DNA of 49,407 nucleotides from Hyphomicrobiales bacterium (GCA_021775625.1 JAJFHM010000115.1:1-49407), one strand, 5' to 3'. Positions 17,110 to 25,527 are shown, numbered from the stretch's first letter. A program made the numbers and translations. The notes: a model not told the origin generated them from the letters alone.

Positions 17110-18743
17110 AGCCACTCCGAAAGGCCATTGGTGTCGCGCAGATCGACCCGCACAAGCGCGTCGTGCGGACAGGCGCGCTCACAGGCCGGGCCGCCCTTGC
17201 GGCCGGCACACAGGTCGCATTTTTCCGCCCGCTGAATTTGAACGCCATCCTCGTCGACCAGAAACGCTCCACCGGGATCGCGCACGTCAGCCATTTGAAT
17301 ATTGTCATAGGGGCACGCCTTGGCGCAGGCCGCACAGCCGATGCAGGTTGCCTCATCGATCACCACGGTACCGCTCACTTTGTCACGGTGAATGGCACCG
17401 GTGGGACAGTCGACCAGGCAAACCGGATCGAAACAATGCATGCAGGCCTGGGCAACCATCAGGTTGTGATGTGTGGGGCCTTTTCGGGCAAAACGCGCAA
17501 CACCGTCATGTGCCGCGGCGCAGGCGCGGACGCAGTCGTCGCAGTTGACGCAGCGTTCGGTGTTTATCGCCATCGCCATGGCCCCGTTGGTGTAGCGGTT
17601 GTCGACAAAAAACTCCGTGTAGGACCGCGGCAGGTTCGCCTTGGCGGATGGTTTTGCCGAACCGAGCGTCGCCCTGGCCTTGCGGGCGTACCTCTCCGGC
17701 AGATCGGACAGCACGTGCGCCGCAACGATCTGTGTCGGGATCCGCACCAGATCGGCATAGCCGACCGCACGAAAACCGTTCGGGAACTTGAGCTCGCCCT
17801 GCCCTTCAGCGGTGCCCAGAATTTGCGGCAGGCCGATGATGCCATTTTTCGTGATGTACCCCGTCGTCCGTTCCTCATGTCCGAGCCGTTCGGTGACACG
17901 GATGGTTCCTGAGTGGACCAGCAACAGACCATCGAGATAATGATCCTGCTCGGCAATAATGGGTTCCCGCTCGATGGCCGGGACATGACCGTTTGCGCTG
18001 GAAGCGGATTTTTGGAACCGGTGTGTCCAGTCAACATCGCCATAGCGCTCGAACGTTGCGTTCTCGGCAATCTGAAGCAGTGTCCGGTCATCGACATTCG
18101 CAAACAACGAGCTTCCCTGAAGGCAGTTCCACAAGCCCCACTGACGATACTGATCCTGCATTCTCTCGCGGAACGGATCCGACCAGCGCATGAGCTCCCG
18201 TAGTGCCGGCCACCGCAGCTCTAGGAGCAGTGTATCGTCGTCTTCAACCATGACCGAGGCGGTTCGCGGAGATCTCGAAAATGCACCCAGAACACCGAAC
18301 AGATCATAACGGCCAAGGGACAGCACCGGAGGGCTGCAGACGCCGGGCTTGAGCGATGGATCGGGGTCCAACCCTTGGTTCCTGCGCGCCGTTTGCCGCA
18401 GACCCGTGAGTGCGCGAAGCAGCGATCCGATCCGGGCTGCCGGTTTGGATCCTTCACTGCTCCGCACCGGCATCAGGCTCTTTACGTTGCCCCTGAGAAC
18501 GACGAATACAGAGGTGCCGTACTCACCGGCGCGATAAACCATGTCGCCTTTTGAATAGCGGACAACGCGGGTGTCGTTGGCAATGATCTCGGACAGCGGG
18601 CTTGCGTCCGGGAATGCGTCGGCATCGACATCTTCAAACAGCGGAATGGAAAGCATGGCCTTCACATCCTGCGTCGGCACCGGCGTTCCCCCGAATGGTA
18701 TCGCCCACTTCCTTGGTCTTTCCGTCTGCTGGACCCTCACCAA
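17079..18743 (-). CDS. Cytoplasmic protein with two cyclic-nucleotide-binding-like domains fused to a DmsB/NrfC-type 4x[4Fe-4S] ferredoxin module
   Basis: cNMP-like beta-roll regions (VVRYSKGDMVYRAGEYGTSVFVVLRGNV; LLLVHSGTIRVTER). Four Cys groups: CVNCDDCVRAC, CMHCFDPVCLVDCP, CIGCAACAKACP, CDLCAGRKGGPACERACP. No Tat or Sec signal. GGAGG lies upstream of TTG/GTG starts at 18743/18740. Confidence 0.8.
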   Translation of the reverse strand: MVRVQQTERPRKWAIPFGGTPVPTQDVKAMLSIPLFEDVDADAFPDASPLSEIIANDTRVVRYSKGDMVYRAGEYGTSVFVVLRGNVKSLMPVRSSEGSKPAARIGSLLRALTGLRQTARRNQGLDPDPSLKPGVCSPPVLSLGRYDLFGVLGAFSRSPRTASVMVEDDDTLLLELRWPALRELMRWSDPFRERMQDQYRQWGLWNCLQGSSLFANVDDRTLLQIAENATFERYGDVDWTHRFQKSASSANGHVPAIEREPIIAEQDHYLDGLLLVHSGTIRVTERLGHEERTTGYITKNGIIGLPQILGTAEGQGELKFPNGFRAVGYADLVRIPTQIVAAHVLSDLPERYARKARATLGSAKPSAKANLPRSYTEFFVDNRYTNGAMAMAINTERCVNCDDCVRACAAAHDGVARFARKGPTHHNLMVAQACMHCFDPVCLVDCPTGAIHRDKVSGTVVIDEATCIGCAACAKACPYDNIQMADVRDPGGAFLVDEDGVQIQRAEKCDLCAGRKGGPACERACPHDALVRVDLRDTNGLSEWLCAISYDTAC

Positions 18744-18790
18744 CCTGCCTCCAAGTTATTAGCCTCTGTATGGCGCCTGCGCCGAAAGCA

Positions 18791-19795
18791 TCACTTCGCC
18801 GGCTTACCTTTGTATTTGTTTGGTTTCGGGATCATCGCGTCGAGTTTCGCGAAGCGTTTCCCGTCATACCGTGTGACCAGCGCCACCGCCTCAACGGCGA
18901 TCTTGTCGGCCACCCTTGTCAGCACCTTGTCGTTGTTGAGCTTGAGCTTTGCCTTCTTCGACAAAGCCACAATTTTCTTGAGCTCTTCGACCTTCGGAAG
19001 CGCCTTCGCGATCGCCCTGAGCTTCTTGCGCGCCTTCGCTGCCCGCTTTGCCATCTTGACCGCGTATTTCTTTTTCTTGGTTGCCTTGCCGACGGCCCGA
19101 ATGGCGGTTTCGTATTCAACAATTGCGCCCACAAGGAACATCATCCGCTTGCGCGCAGGGGTTGCCTTCTTGTTCTCTTCGCCCTTCGTGTACCAGACAT
19201 TGTGGCGCACTTCGCCCTGTGACCAGGACACCAGCTCAAACTTGCTGCCGGCGGGATGTCCGCCCACGTTGACCAGCTTTTCCTGCGGCACAACGTGGCA
19301 GCTGTAACAATTCTTCGCCAGCTTGTACAAGGCACTGGGCCTGATCAATCCGAGCTTCTCGGACTTCTGCCAGCGCGCCCTGGCCTGGGCTTTAGATTCA
19401 AGCTCCTTCTTCTTGTTGCCGCTAAATTCCGCGTGAACTTTGATCCAGTCCTTGCCTTCCGAATGACACAGCTCGCAGGAAATCCCCGCAATCGGTTCGG
19501 TCTTCTTGCCCTTCGTCTGATTTGTGAAATGGCAGTTCAGGCACAGGCTCTCCGACTTGATGCGCTTGATCTTCATTTTCCTGGAGATCTTTTTGGCCTG
19601 TTTGCTGCGCGGCATTTTGCGGAAGGTCGTGAAGTGGTGCGTGCTTCTCCACACTGTCGCCTCGTCCCGGTGACATTCCGCACATTCGTCAGGCCCTTCA
19701 ATTTTTTTCGGATTTGTATCCGCACTTGCCCCGGTGCCCGACACCAGCGCGATGATGGCGCCGGCCACGGCCATTTTCATAATCTGAAATTGCAT
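18791..19795 (-). CDS. Secreted tetrahaem c-type cytochrome (c554-like) with a strongly basic K-rich C-terminal region
   Basis: Signal peptide MQFQIMKMAVAGAIIALVSGTGASA. Four CxxCH motifs: CAECH, CLNCH, CELCH, CYSCH. The C-terminal ~130 aa are about 30% K/R by hand count. Confidence 0.85.
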   Translation of the reverse strand: MQFQIMKMAVAGAIIALVSGTGASADTNPKKIEGPDECAECHRDEATVWRSTHHFTTFRKMPRSKQAKKISRKMKIKRIKSESLCLNCHFTNQTKGKKTEPIAGISCELCHSEGKDWIKVHAEFSGNKKKELESKAQARARWQKSEKLGLIRPSALYKLAKNCYSCHVVPQEKLVNVGGHPAGSKFELVSWSQGEVRHNVWYTKGEENKKATPARKRMMFLVGAIVEYETAIRAVGKATKKKKYAVKMAKRAAKARKKLRAIAKALPKVEELKKIVALSKKAKLKLNNDKVLTRVADKIAVEAVALVTRYDGKRFAKLDAMIPKPNKYKGKPAK

Positions 19796-19962
19796 ACGTT
19801 ATTCGCCCATGACCCCTAATGGAGTGCGTCCCTGATTCAGATCGTCCGATAGCTGATACTGGGGGTGGATACTTCAGGACACCCGACTGCCACCGCTTCC
19901 CCGCTGGGCAATGCAGCCGCACCCCTCTACTCACCACTCACCGTGAGAAAAAGCCCGCCAAG

Positions 19963-20226
19963 CTAGTTCAGGCCGAGCAGACCCATAGCTTCTGCCAGGG
20001 CCTTTACGGCTTCGCCGTGATTGCCGCTTGTGTGCAGTTCCTCTCCCTGCCTGCGCAGAGCCTCCACTTTCGTCCGATCGGAGGCACTGAGTTCCGCAGT
20101 CGGAAGGGCTGCATCAATTTTTCCCATATCGACCGGGCAATGAAATGCTGATGCCGACACGGTCATGAACAACAACACCATGAGCGCGAACACGGTTGCA
20201 GTCGCAATAAGCGGACGCGTAAACAT
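19963..20226 (-). CDS. Small secreted hypothetical protein (87 aa)
   Basis: ATG at 20224-20226 with GGGAGA 8 nt upstream. Signal peptide MFTRPLIATATVFALMVLLFMTVSASA; the mature part is helical-looking (FHCPVDMGKIDAAL...). First gene of the minus-strand cytochrome operon. Confidence 0.6.
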   Translation of the reverse strand: MFTRPLIATATVFALMVLLFMTVSASAFHCPVDMGKIDAALPTAELSASDRTKVEALRRQGEELHTSGNHGEAVKALAEAMGLLGLN

Positions 20227-20402
20227 TCTTCGATCTCCCTGCTGAAACAATCCTGTCTCCCCAGACCTTGCCGGCCCGTTTGATTTTCATTGCACAGAGA
20301 ATTCCGGAGTTTCGTGTCCGGAGTGGCTTCGAAACCGGTCAATTTGAAGGAATCATTGCGTTAAAAACGGGGCAACCGATTCGGGGTTAAACGCAATCCC
20401 GC

Positions 20403-21137
20403 TCAGTCAACTGTCGTGCTGCGGTTTTCCAGAGAATTTAACTCCAGGAACCGCTGGAGCGCTTTCTTGGCGTCGGCCCGGATGAGCCGCGGGGGCTGAC
20501 CTTCTCCGGAGATGATTACGTAGCGCCACAAAGGAGATGTGAGAGCTTTCTCACACCTTTCTTCCGGCGTGGAGAACAAGGAGATGTTGAAGGTCTGATC
20601 AATGTCTGAAATCTGGTCGCCCTGCATCACGAGCATTGGAATGTCCGGGCTTGTCCGAACCGGTTTATCGTCTTCGAGATCACAGTGGTGACCTGTGATG
20701 ATCACACTGCTCACCGGCACATCCAGGGACAGGGCGACACTGCCGCCTTCCCCATGTCCCCACAGGATAATCGGCTCATCCGGGTAACGTTGCTTCAGTA
20801 TTCGCAGTGACCGGACCGCCTGACGGAGCCTGAGTTCGATTATCTGCTCGAGGTCGGCGTACGGGTAGGCACAGGCCGCCGTGGGTCTGGTCTCAGCAAA
20901 GCTGTCCGGCACGAAGAGCTTGTAACCGTTACGCTCGAAATACTCGTTCCAGTCGACCGCCGGAAATACTGCGCAACCGTGCAGGGAGAGCACGATACCG
21001 CGTTCCGGCGGGGCCTTGGATGTGTATCCCTGTTCTAGCGGTGGGTCGGCTTCGCCTCGGGCACCGGTACCGGGAATCAGGCACAGGGCGAACCCTATCA
21101 TGGCCAGGCCAAGGCGAAGCATTCGGGTCGCGTCCAT
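20403..21137 (-). CDS. Secreted alpha/beta-hydrolase-fold-like protein with an atypical nucleophile elbow
   Basis: ATG at 21135-21137 with AGGAG upstream. Signal peptide MDATRMLRLGLAMIGFALCLIPGTGA. Fold-like pattern VLSLHGC...ILWGHGEGGSVAL...MLVMQGDQ. The family assignment is weak. Confidence 0.5.
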   Translation of the reverse strand: MDATRMLRLGLAMIGFALCLIPGTGARGEADPPLEQGYTSKAPPERGIVLSLHGCAVFPAVDWNEYFERNGYKLFVPDSFAETRPTAACAYPYADLEQIIELRLRQAVRSLRILKQRYPDEPIILWGHGEGGSVALSLDVPVSSVIITGHHCDLEDDKPVRTSPDIPMLVMQGDQISDIDQTFNISLFSTPEERCEKALTSPLWRYVIISGEGQPPRLIRADAKKALQRFLELNSLENRSTTVD

Positions 21138-21292
21138 CTGGAAACTCCTGAACTTTCTGCAGACCTCACCTCCATGATAAGCAATTCGTTGGCACAATCC
21201 AGACGAAGCGCCACGGACGAACGCCAATTTGCACCCGGCATTGCAGCAGATAGACAATCAAATGCGCCTGCCGCATTATCTCCGACTTCGAA

Positions 21293-22678
21293 ATGACGAC
21301 AGAGACGGGAGCAGGCAAAATTCAGTGGCAACAGCAAAATTTGGTCCCGCCGGATCACGGGCTTCCAGTGCTTGGCGAGTTCGATGCGGTGGTGGTGGGA
21401 TCCGGGGCTGCCGGTGTGGCGGCGGCGGAAACCCTCGCCCGCAAAGGGCATTCCGTCCTGATCGTGGAGCGCTATGGGTTTTCAGGCGGCAATGCTGTTG
21501 CCGGTCTGTCTGGCACGATCTGCGGCATGTACATGTCGAGCGAACGGCACTCCAACCGGCCTGAGCAGGCGGTATTCGGCTTTGCCGAGCGGTTCCGGGA
21601 AGTCATGCAGGCGGCAGGCGGCATCACCACTGCGCAACGCTATGGCCGCACCTGGACCCATTGCCACGACCCGCTGGCGTGGCGCGAGGCCGCCGACCGC
21701 TTTCTCAGCCTGGACGCGATCAAGGTGCTTTATCACTGCATGGTCCAGGGTGTGGTGATGGAAGATGACATTGTGCGCGGCGTGGTTATTGATTCCAAGG
21801 CGGGCCGCGCCGTGGCGCTGGGCAAAATCATCGTCGATGCCAGCGGAGATGCCGACGTGGCCTTTCGCGCCGGCATGGACTACACAAGCGGACAGGATGG
21901 AACGGTACAGAATCCGACCATGATATTCCGCCTGTCCGATGTCGATCTTGACCGGTTCCTGGCCAACTGGGGATCCGACACCATCTGCTCCGCGGAAGTC
22001 ACCCAGGCGATCATCGATGCGAATGCAAGCGGGTCCTATGATCTGCCGAGAGCCAAGATCTGGATCTTCCCGACACCGCGTCCGGGGCAACTGCTGGTGA
22101 ATGCCACGCGCCTGGTTGGGCGCGATGGCCGCGAGCTCTATCCAGCCGACCCGGAAGACCTTACGGAAGCGGAACTCGTGGGGCGCCATCAGGTGCGCGA
22201 ATATGCCCGGTTCCTGCGCGACAAGATCCCCGGGTGCGAACAAAGCTTCGTCAACGACACCGGCGTACAGGCCGGCATCCGGCAGAGCCGGTCGATCGTT
22301 GGGATTGACCGGCTGACAAATGACGACGTGGTCGGACGGCGCAAGCGGCCCGACGGCATCGTGCGCTCGCCATGGCCGATCGAATTGCACTCCGGCGAGA
22401 AACCGAAGCTGGAGTGGCTCGACGATGACTATTACGAAGTGCCCTATGGCGCCCTCATTCCGGAGGTGGGCGAGAACCTCATCATCGCCGGCCGCTGCCT
22501 GAGCGCCGAACATGAAGCGTTGGCGTCGTGCCGGGTGACCGCGCAGTGTTTCGGCTATGGCCATGCCGCCGGCATTGCGGCAGCGGAAGCGATCACCAGC
22601 GGCACGTCAATCCGCAACCTGCAGGGTGAGCACATTCGGGAACTCCTGAATGGAGACGGCGCCCGGCTCGACGGCTGA
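21293..22678 (+). CDS. FAD-dependent oxidoreductase (FAD_oxidored/GIDA-like family)
   Basis: Dinucleotide-binding motif FDAVVVGSGAAGVAAAETLARKGHSVLIVER. Size and C-terminal pattern (LIIAGRCLS...AQCFGYGHAAG) fit the PF12831-type family. Start uncertain (no clear SD). Confidence 0.7.
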   Translation: MTTETGAGKIQWQQQNLVPPDHGLPVLGEFDAVVVGSGAAGVAAAETLARKGHSVLIVERYGFSGGNAVAGLSGTICGMYMSSERHSNRPEQAVFGFAERFREVMQAAGGITTAQRYGRTWTHCHDPLAWREAADRFLSLDAIKVLYHCMVQGVVMEDDIVRGVVIDSKAGRAVALGKIIVDASGDADVAFRAGMDYTSGQDGTVQNPTMIFRLSDVDLDRFLANWGSDTICSAEVTQAIIDANASGSYDLPRAKIWIFPTPRPGQLLVNATRLVGRDGRELYPADPEDLTEAELVGRHQVREYARFLRDKIPGCEQSFVNDTGVQAGIRQSRSIVGIDRLTNDDVVGRRKRPDGIVRSPWPIELHSGEKPKLEWLDDDYYEVPYGALIPEVGENLIIAGRCLSAEHEALASCRVTAQCFGYGHAAGIAAAEAITSGTSIRNLQGEHIRELLNGDGARLDG

Positions 22679-22825
22679 TGATTCGTGGACGCCGGATGCC
22701 CGGTGGGCCGGGCTTATGGATAAGTAATATATTGCCAGCCTCACCCTGACCGGTTGTCACTCCATGGACAATGTTATGTCTGTGCACCATTATTTTGCGC
22801 CGCATTGATTTGGGAGGATCCGGCG

Positions 22826-24793
22826 ATGACGATAAAGACCGAATGGCTGGACTATGACGTAATTGTTGTGGGCTCCGGCGGCGCTGGCGGGCAGGCGGCG
22901 AGCGTGGCGGCTGAAGAAGGTGCGCGCGTCCTTGTTGTCTCGAAGGATCCGATCGGTTGTTCCGACACCAAGATATCCGAAGGCATCGCCACAGTTCGGG
23001 CGTCCGGGAGCGACGACGACAGCGCAGCCGGCCTTTCGGAAAACTTGCGCATGGGCGGTGGCGACCTGAACGTCGAGGCGATTACCGATGCTTTCGCCCA
23101 GGACAGTCAGGCCGGGTATGACAGGTTAAGATCACATGGTCTGCGGCCTCCCATCGACGCCGAACGCAACACCCCAAAGCCGCTCCCGCTGCCCTTGGGC
23201 GGCCACACCAAACGGCGCTCGGTTGGTCATAGGAACAGCGGCATCGCCTTCGGACATGCCAGCTGGAATGCCGTTATCGAAGGCAGCCGCATCGACTATC
23301 TGGAAGACGCGTGGTTTCTCGATCTGGTGACCGAGGAGACCGGTGCCGGCAAGGATGCACCAGCCAAACGCGTTATCGGCGGTCTCATCTATGACGCCTC
23401 GAAAGGCTGTCTTATTGCGGTTCGCGCTCCCGCGGTGGTGATTGCGGCAGGCGGCCTTTCGACCATCTTTTTCCCGAAAACCGATACCATGCGCGGCAAC
23501 ACCGGAGATTCCTATGCAGTTGCCGCACGGGCCGGCGCGGAACTGGTGGACATGGAGCAGGTGCAGTTTCTCCCGTTCTGCCTCGCTTCGCCGCCGTCCT
23601 ATGAAGGTTTGTGCGCCGGCGAGCCGGTCACAGCGAGCTTTCTTGGCGTGCTACGCGACAAGAACGGCAAAGTCATTCTGGACGGGGTTTATCTCAGAAC
23701 CCGTGCAGAATGTTCGTCTGCAATCATGCGCACGGTCGAGGCGGGCAATGGCAGCCCCAATGGTGGCGCCTATCTCGATATGACCGCCAACAAAAAACTC
23801 CCCCGCTCGGGCCCGTACTTCATGCGGTTTTTGCAGACCTGCCTGCCGTCAGCCTACAACACTGCCCGGCAGGCACTGGGCAAGGCCGCAGGCAAATGCG
23901 AAGTCGAATGGGAAGTCCGGCCCGGAGCGCACTATCAAATGGGTGGGATCCGGACCAATGAGCATGGCGCGTCGGCGGGCGGTGATGGAGCCGGAGAGAC
24001 GGCCCACGGCATTGCCGGATTGTTCGCGGCCGGCCAGGCGATGGGCGGCGTATTTGGCGCCAATCGCCTCGGCTCCACCGCGTTGACCGAGAACGCGGTG
24101 TTTGGCGCCCGGTCCGGCCGCGCCGCTGCCGAAACCGCAAGAACCACCAGCCATACTGCAAACGACGACGCTTTCGCACCGTTTATCGCTGAAACCGCCA
24201 GCCGGTTCGGGCAAAAGGGCGATGTGGCTGCATCCGCCCTCAAGCTTGAACTGCAGCGCGAAAGCTGGACCTGTATCGGACCGGTGCGCACCGCCGATCG
24301 CTTGGAAAAACTGGCGGCACTGCTGCAGGACTGGCGTGAGCGGCTTGAACGCGTATCGATACCGGCTCACACGGTGTGGAACCAGGCGTTCATGGAATTC
24401 GAAGAGCTGCGCAATATGCTCGAAACGGCAGAAGCAGTGGCAGCGGCGGCACAGAACCGGGACGGCAGCGTAGGCGGACACGTGCGCCTCGACCGCGGCA
24501 ATATTTCAGCGTTCTCGACACCCTACTCGACTGTCGTGAACAGAGTACCGGACGGCGGTTATCTGGTGCGCCGGGTCGCCCGCCCGCGCCAGCCTTTGAA
24601 GCGTCTTGTGTCGTACAAGCTGCAGGAAAACTGGCGCAAATTTCAGATCAAACTCTTGTTGATGATGCCATCCGGCATGCAGGACAAAAACCTCGAGAAA
24701 CGCTATCAGGCCATCATGGGGGCGAGCGGCGCAGCGCCGGAGGTTACACCCGGAGGTGTTGACGCGGCCATTGGGGAGGCGACAAAGGCGTGA
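22826..24793 (+). CDS. Succinate dehydrogenase/fumarate reductase-type FAD flavoprotein subunit homologue (soluble)
   Basis: YDVIVVGSGGAGGQAASVAAEEGARVLVVSK, HYQMGGI, GLFAAGQAMGGVFGANRLGSTAL. GGGAGGA lies 7 nt upstream of the ATG at 22826. The track ORF from 22754 is over-extended. Confidence 0.8.
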   Translation: MTIKTEWLDYDVIVVGSGGAGGQAASVAAEEGARVLVVSKDPIGCSDTKISEGIATVRASGSDDDSAAGLSENLRMGGGDLNVEAITDAFAQDSQAGYDRLRSHGLRPPIDAERNTPKPLPLPLGGHTKRRSVGHRNSGIAFGHASWNAVIEGSRIDYLEDAWFLDLVTEETGAGKDAPAKRVIGGLIYDASKGCLIAVRAPAVVIAAGGLSTIFFPKTDTMRGNTGDSYAVAARAGAELVDMEQVQFLPFCLASPPSYEGLCAGEPVTASFLGVLRDKNGKVILDGVYLRTRAECSSAIMRTVEAGNGSPNGGAYLDMTANKKLPRSGPYFMRFLQTCLPSAYNTARQALGKAAGKCEVEWEVRPGAHYQMGGIRTNEHGASAGGDGAGETAHGIAGLFAAGQAMGGVFGANRLGSTALTENAVFGARSGRAAAETARTTSHTANDDAFAPFIAETASRFGQKGDVAASALKLELQRESWTCIGPVRTADRLEKLAALLQDWRERLERVSIPAHTVWNQAFMEFEELRNMLETAEAVAAAAQNRDGSVGGHVRLDRGNISAFSTPYSTVVNRVPDGGYLVRRVARPRQPLKRLVSYKLQENWRKFQIKLLLMMPSGMQDKNLEKRYQAIMGASGAAPEVTPGGVDAAIGEATKA

Positions 24794-25527
24794 AGGTTGA
24801 GATTGTCACCCACCGCGACGGCAAAGAAGCCACCGTCGGATTCGAGTACGAGAAGCGATTTGAGGCCGAAAGGCCAATGGTTCTTGACGTCCTCCTGCAA
24901 GCCCAGGCGCGCACGATGCCGGATCTTGCCTTCCGCTATGGCTGCCGTGCCCGCAATTGTGGCGTCTGCACCGTCGATATCAATGGCAAACCGCGCATTG
25001 CCTGCCGCGCGCGGGCGCGCGAAGGCGACACGATCAGCCCGGTAGCGACGTTGCCGGTGCTCAGCGACCTGGTCGTGCGGCGCGACGGCATTGCGCGCCA
25101 GATGCGCGGACGCCTTTCCAGCGGCGGTCAGGGCAACAACCTCAACGTTGAGGCGCCAGAGGCCTATCACGACCTCACCGCCTGCATCGAATGCTATGCC
25201 TGTCTCGACAAATGTCCGATGCACGCGCGCAATTTCGACGGCGGCCTGCCGGGCGATGTGCAGAACGCGGAAGACCTGCCCGATGCCTCCAAGGGCTACC
25301 GCTGGGGCAATCCATTCTCGCTGCTCAAGCTGCAGCGCATCCGCATCGACCCCTTGACCACGGATGCGGGCCGGCAAGCAGCCGTCGACAACGCAATCGA
25401 TCTTGGGCTCGATGCCTGCGTCGGCTGTGCCGGTTGCAAATGCGGCGTCGGCATCGACTTGATGGGTCAGGTGGTCGGCGAACTGCTCGAGGCGGCCAAA
25501 GACCGCCTGCCATCGTCCAAGACCTGA
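24790..25527 (+). CDS. SdhB/FrdB-type iron-sulfur subunit homologue
   Basis: [2Fe-2S] pattern CRARNCGVCTVDINGKPRIAC, then CIECYACLDKCP and CVGCAGCKC. The GTG start overlaps the upstream stop (GTGA), implying translational coupling. Confidence 0.8.
   Translation: MKVEIVTHRDGKEATVGFEYEKRFEAERPMVLDVLLQAQARTMPDLAFRYGCRARNCGVCTVDINGKPRIACRARAREGDTISPVATLPVLSDLVVRRDGIARQMRGRLSSGGQGNNLNVEAPEAYHDLTACIECYACLDKCPMHARNFDGGLPGDVQNAEDLPDASKGYRWGNPFSLLKLQRIRIDPLTTDAGRQAAVDNAIDLGLDACVGCAGCKCGVGIDLMGQVVGELLEAAKDRLPSSKT

Noticed and set aside
20280-20293. FNR/CRP-like half-site TTGAT-tttc-ATTGC upstream of the minus-strand cytochrome operon
   Set aside because: Only the left half matches TTGAT-N4-ATCAA and the right half is poor. 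The cNMP-binding protein in the cluster has no HTH, so there is no in-window reason to expect such a box. This is too weak to call.
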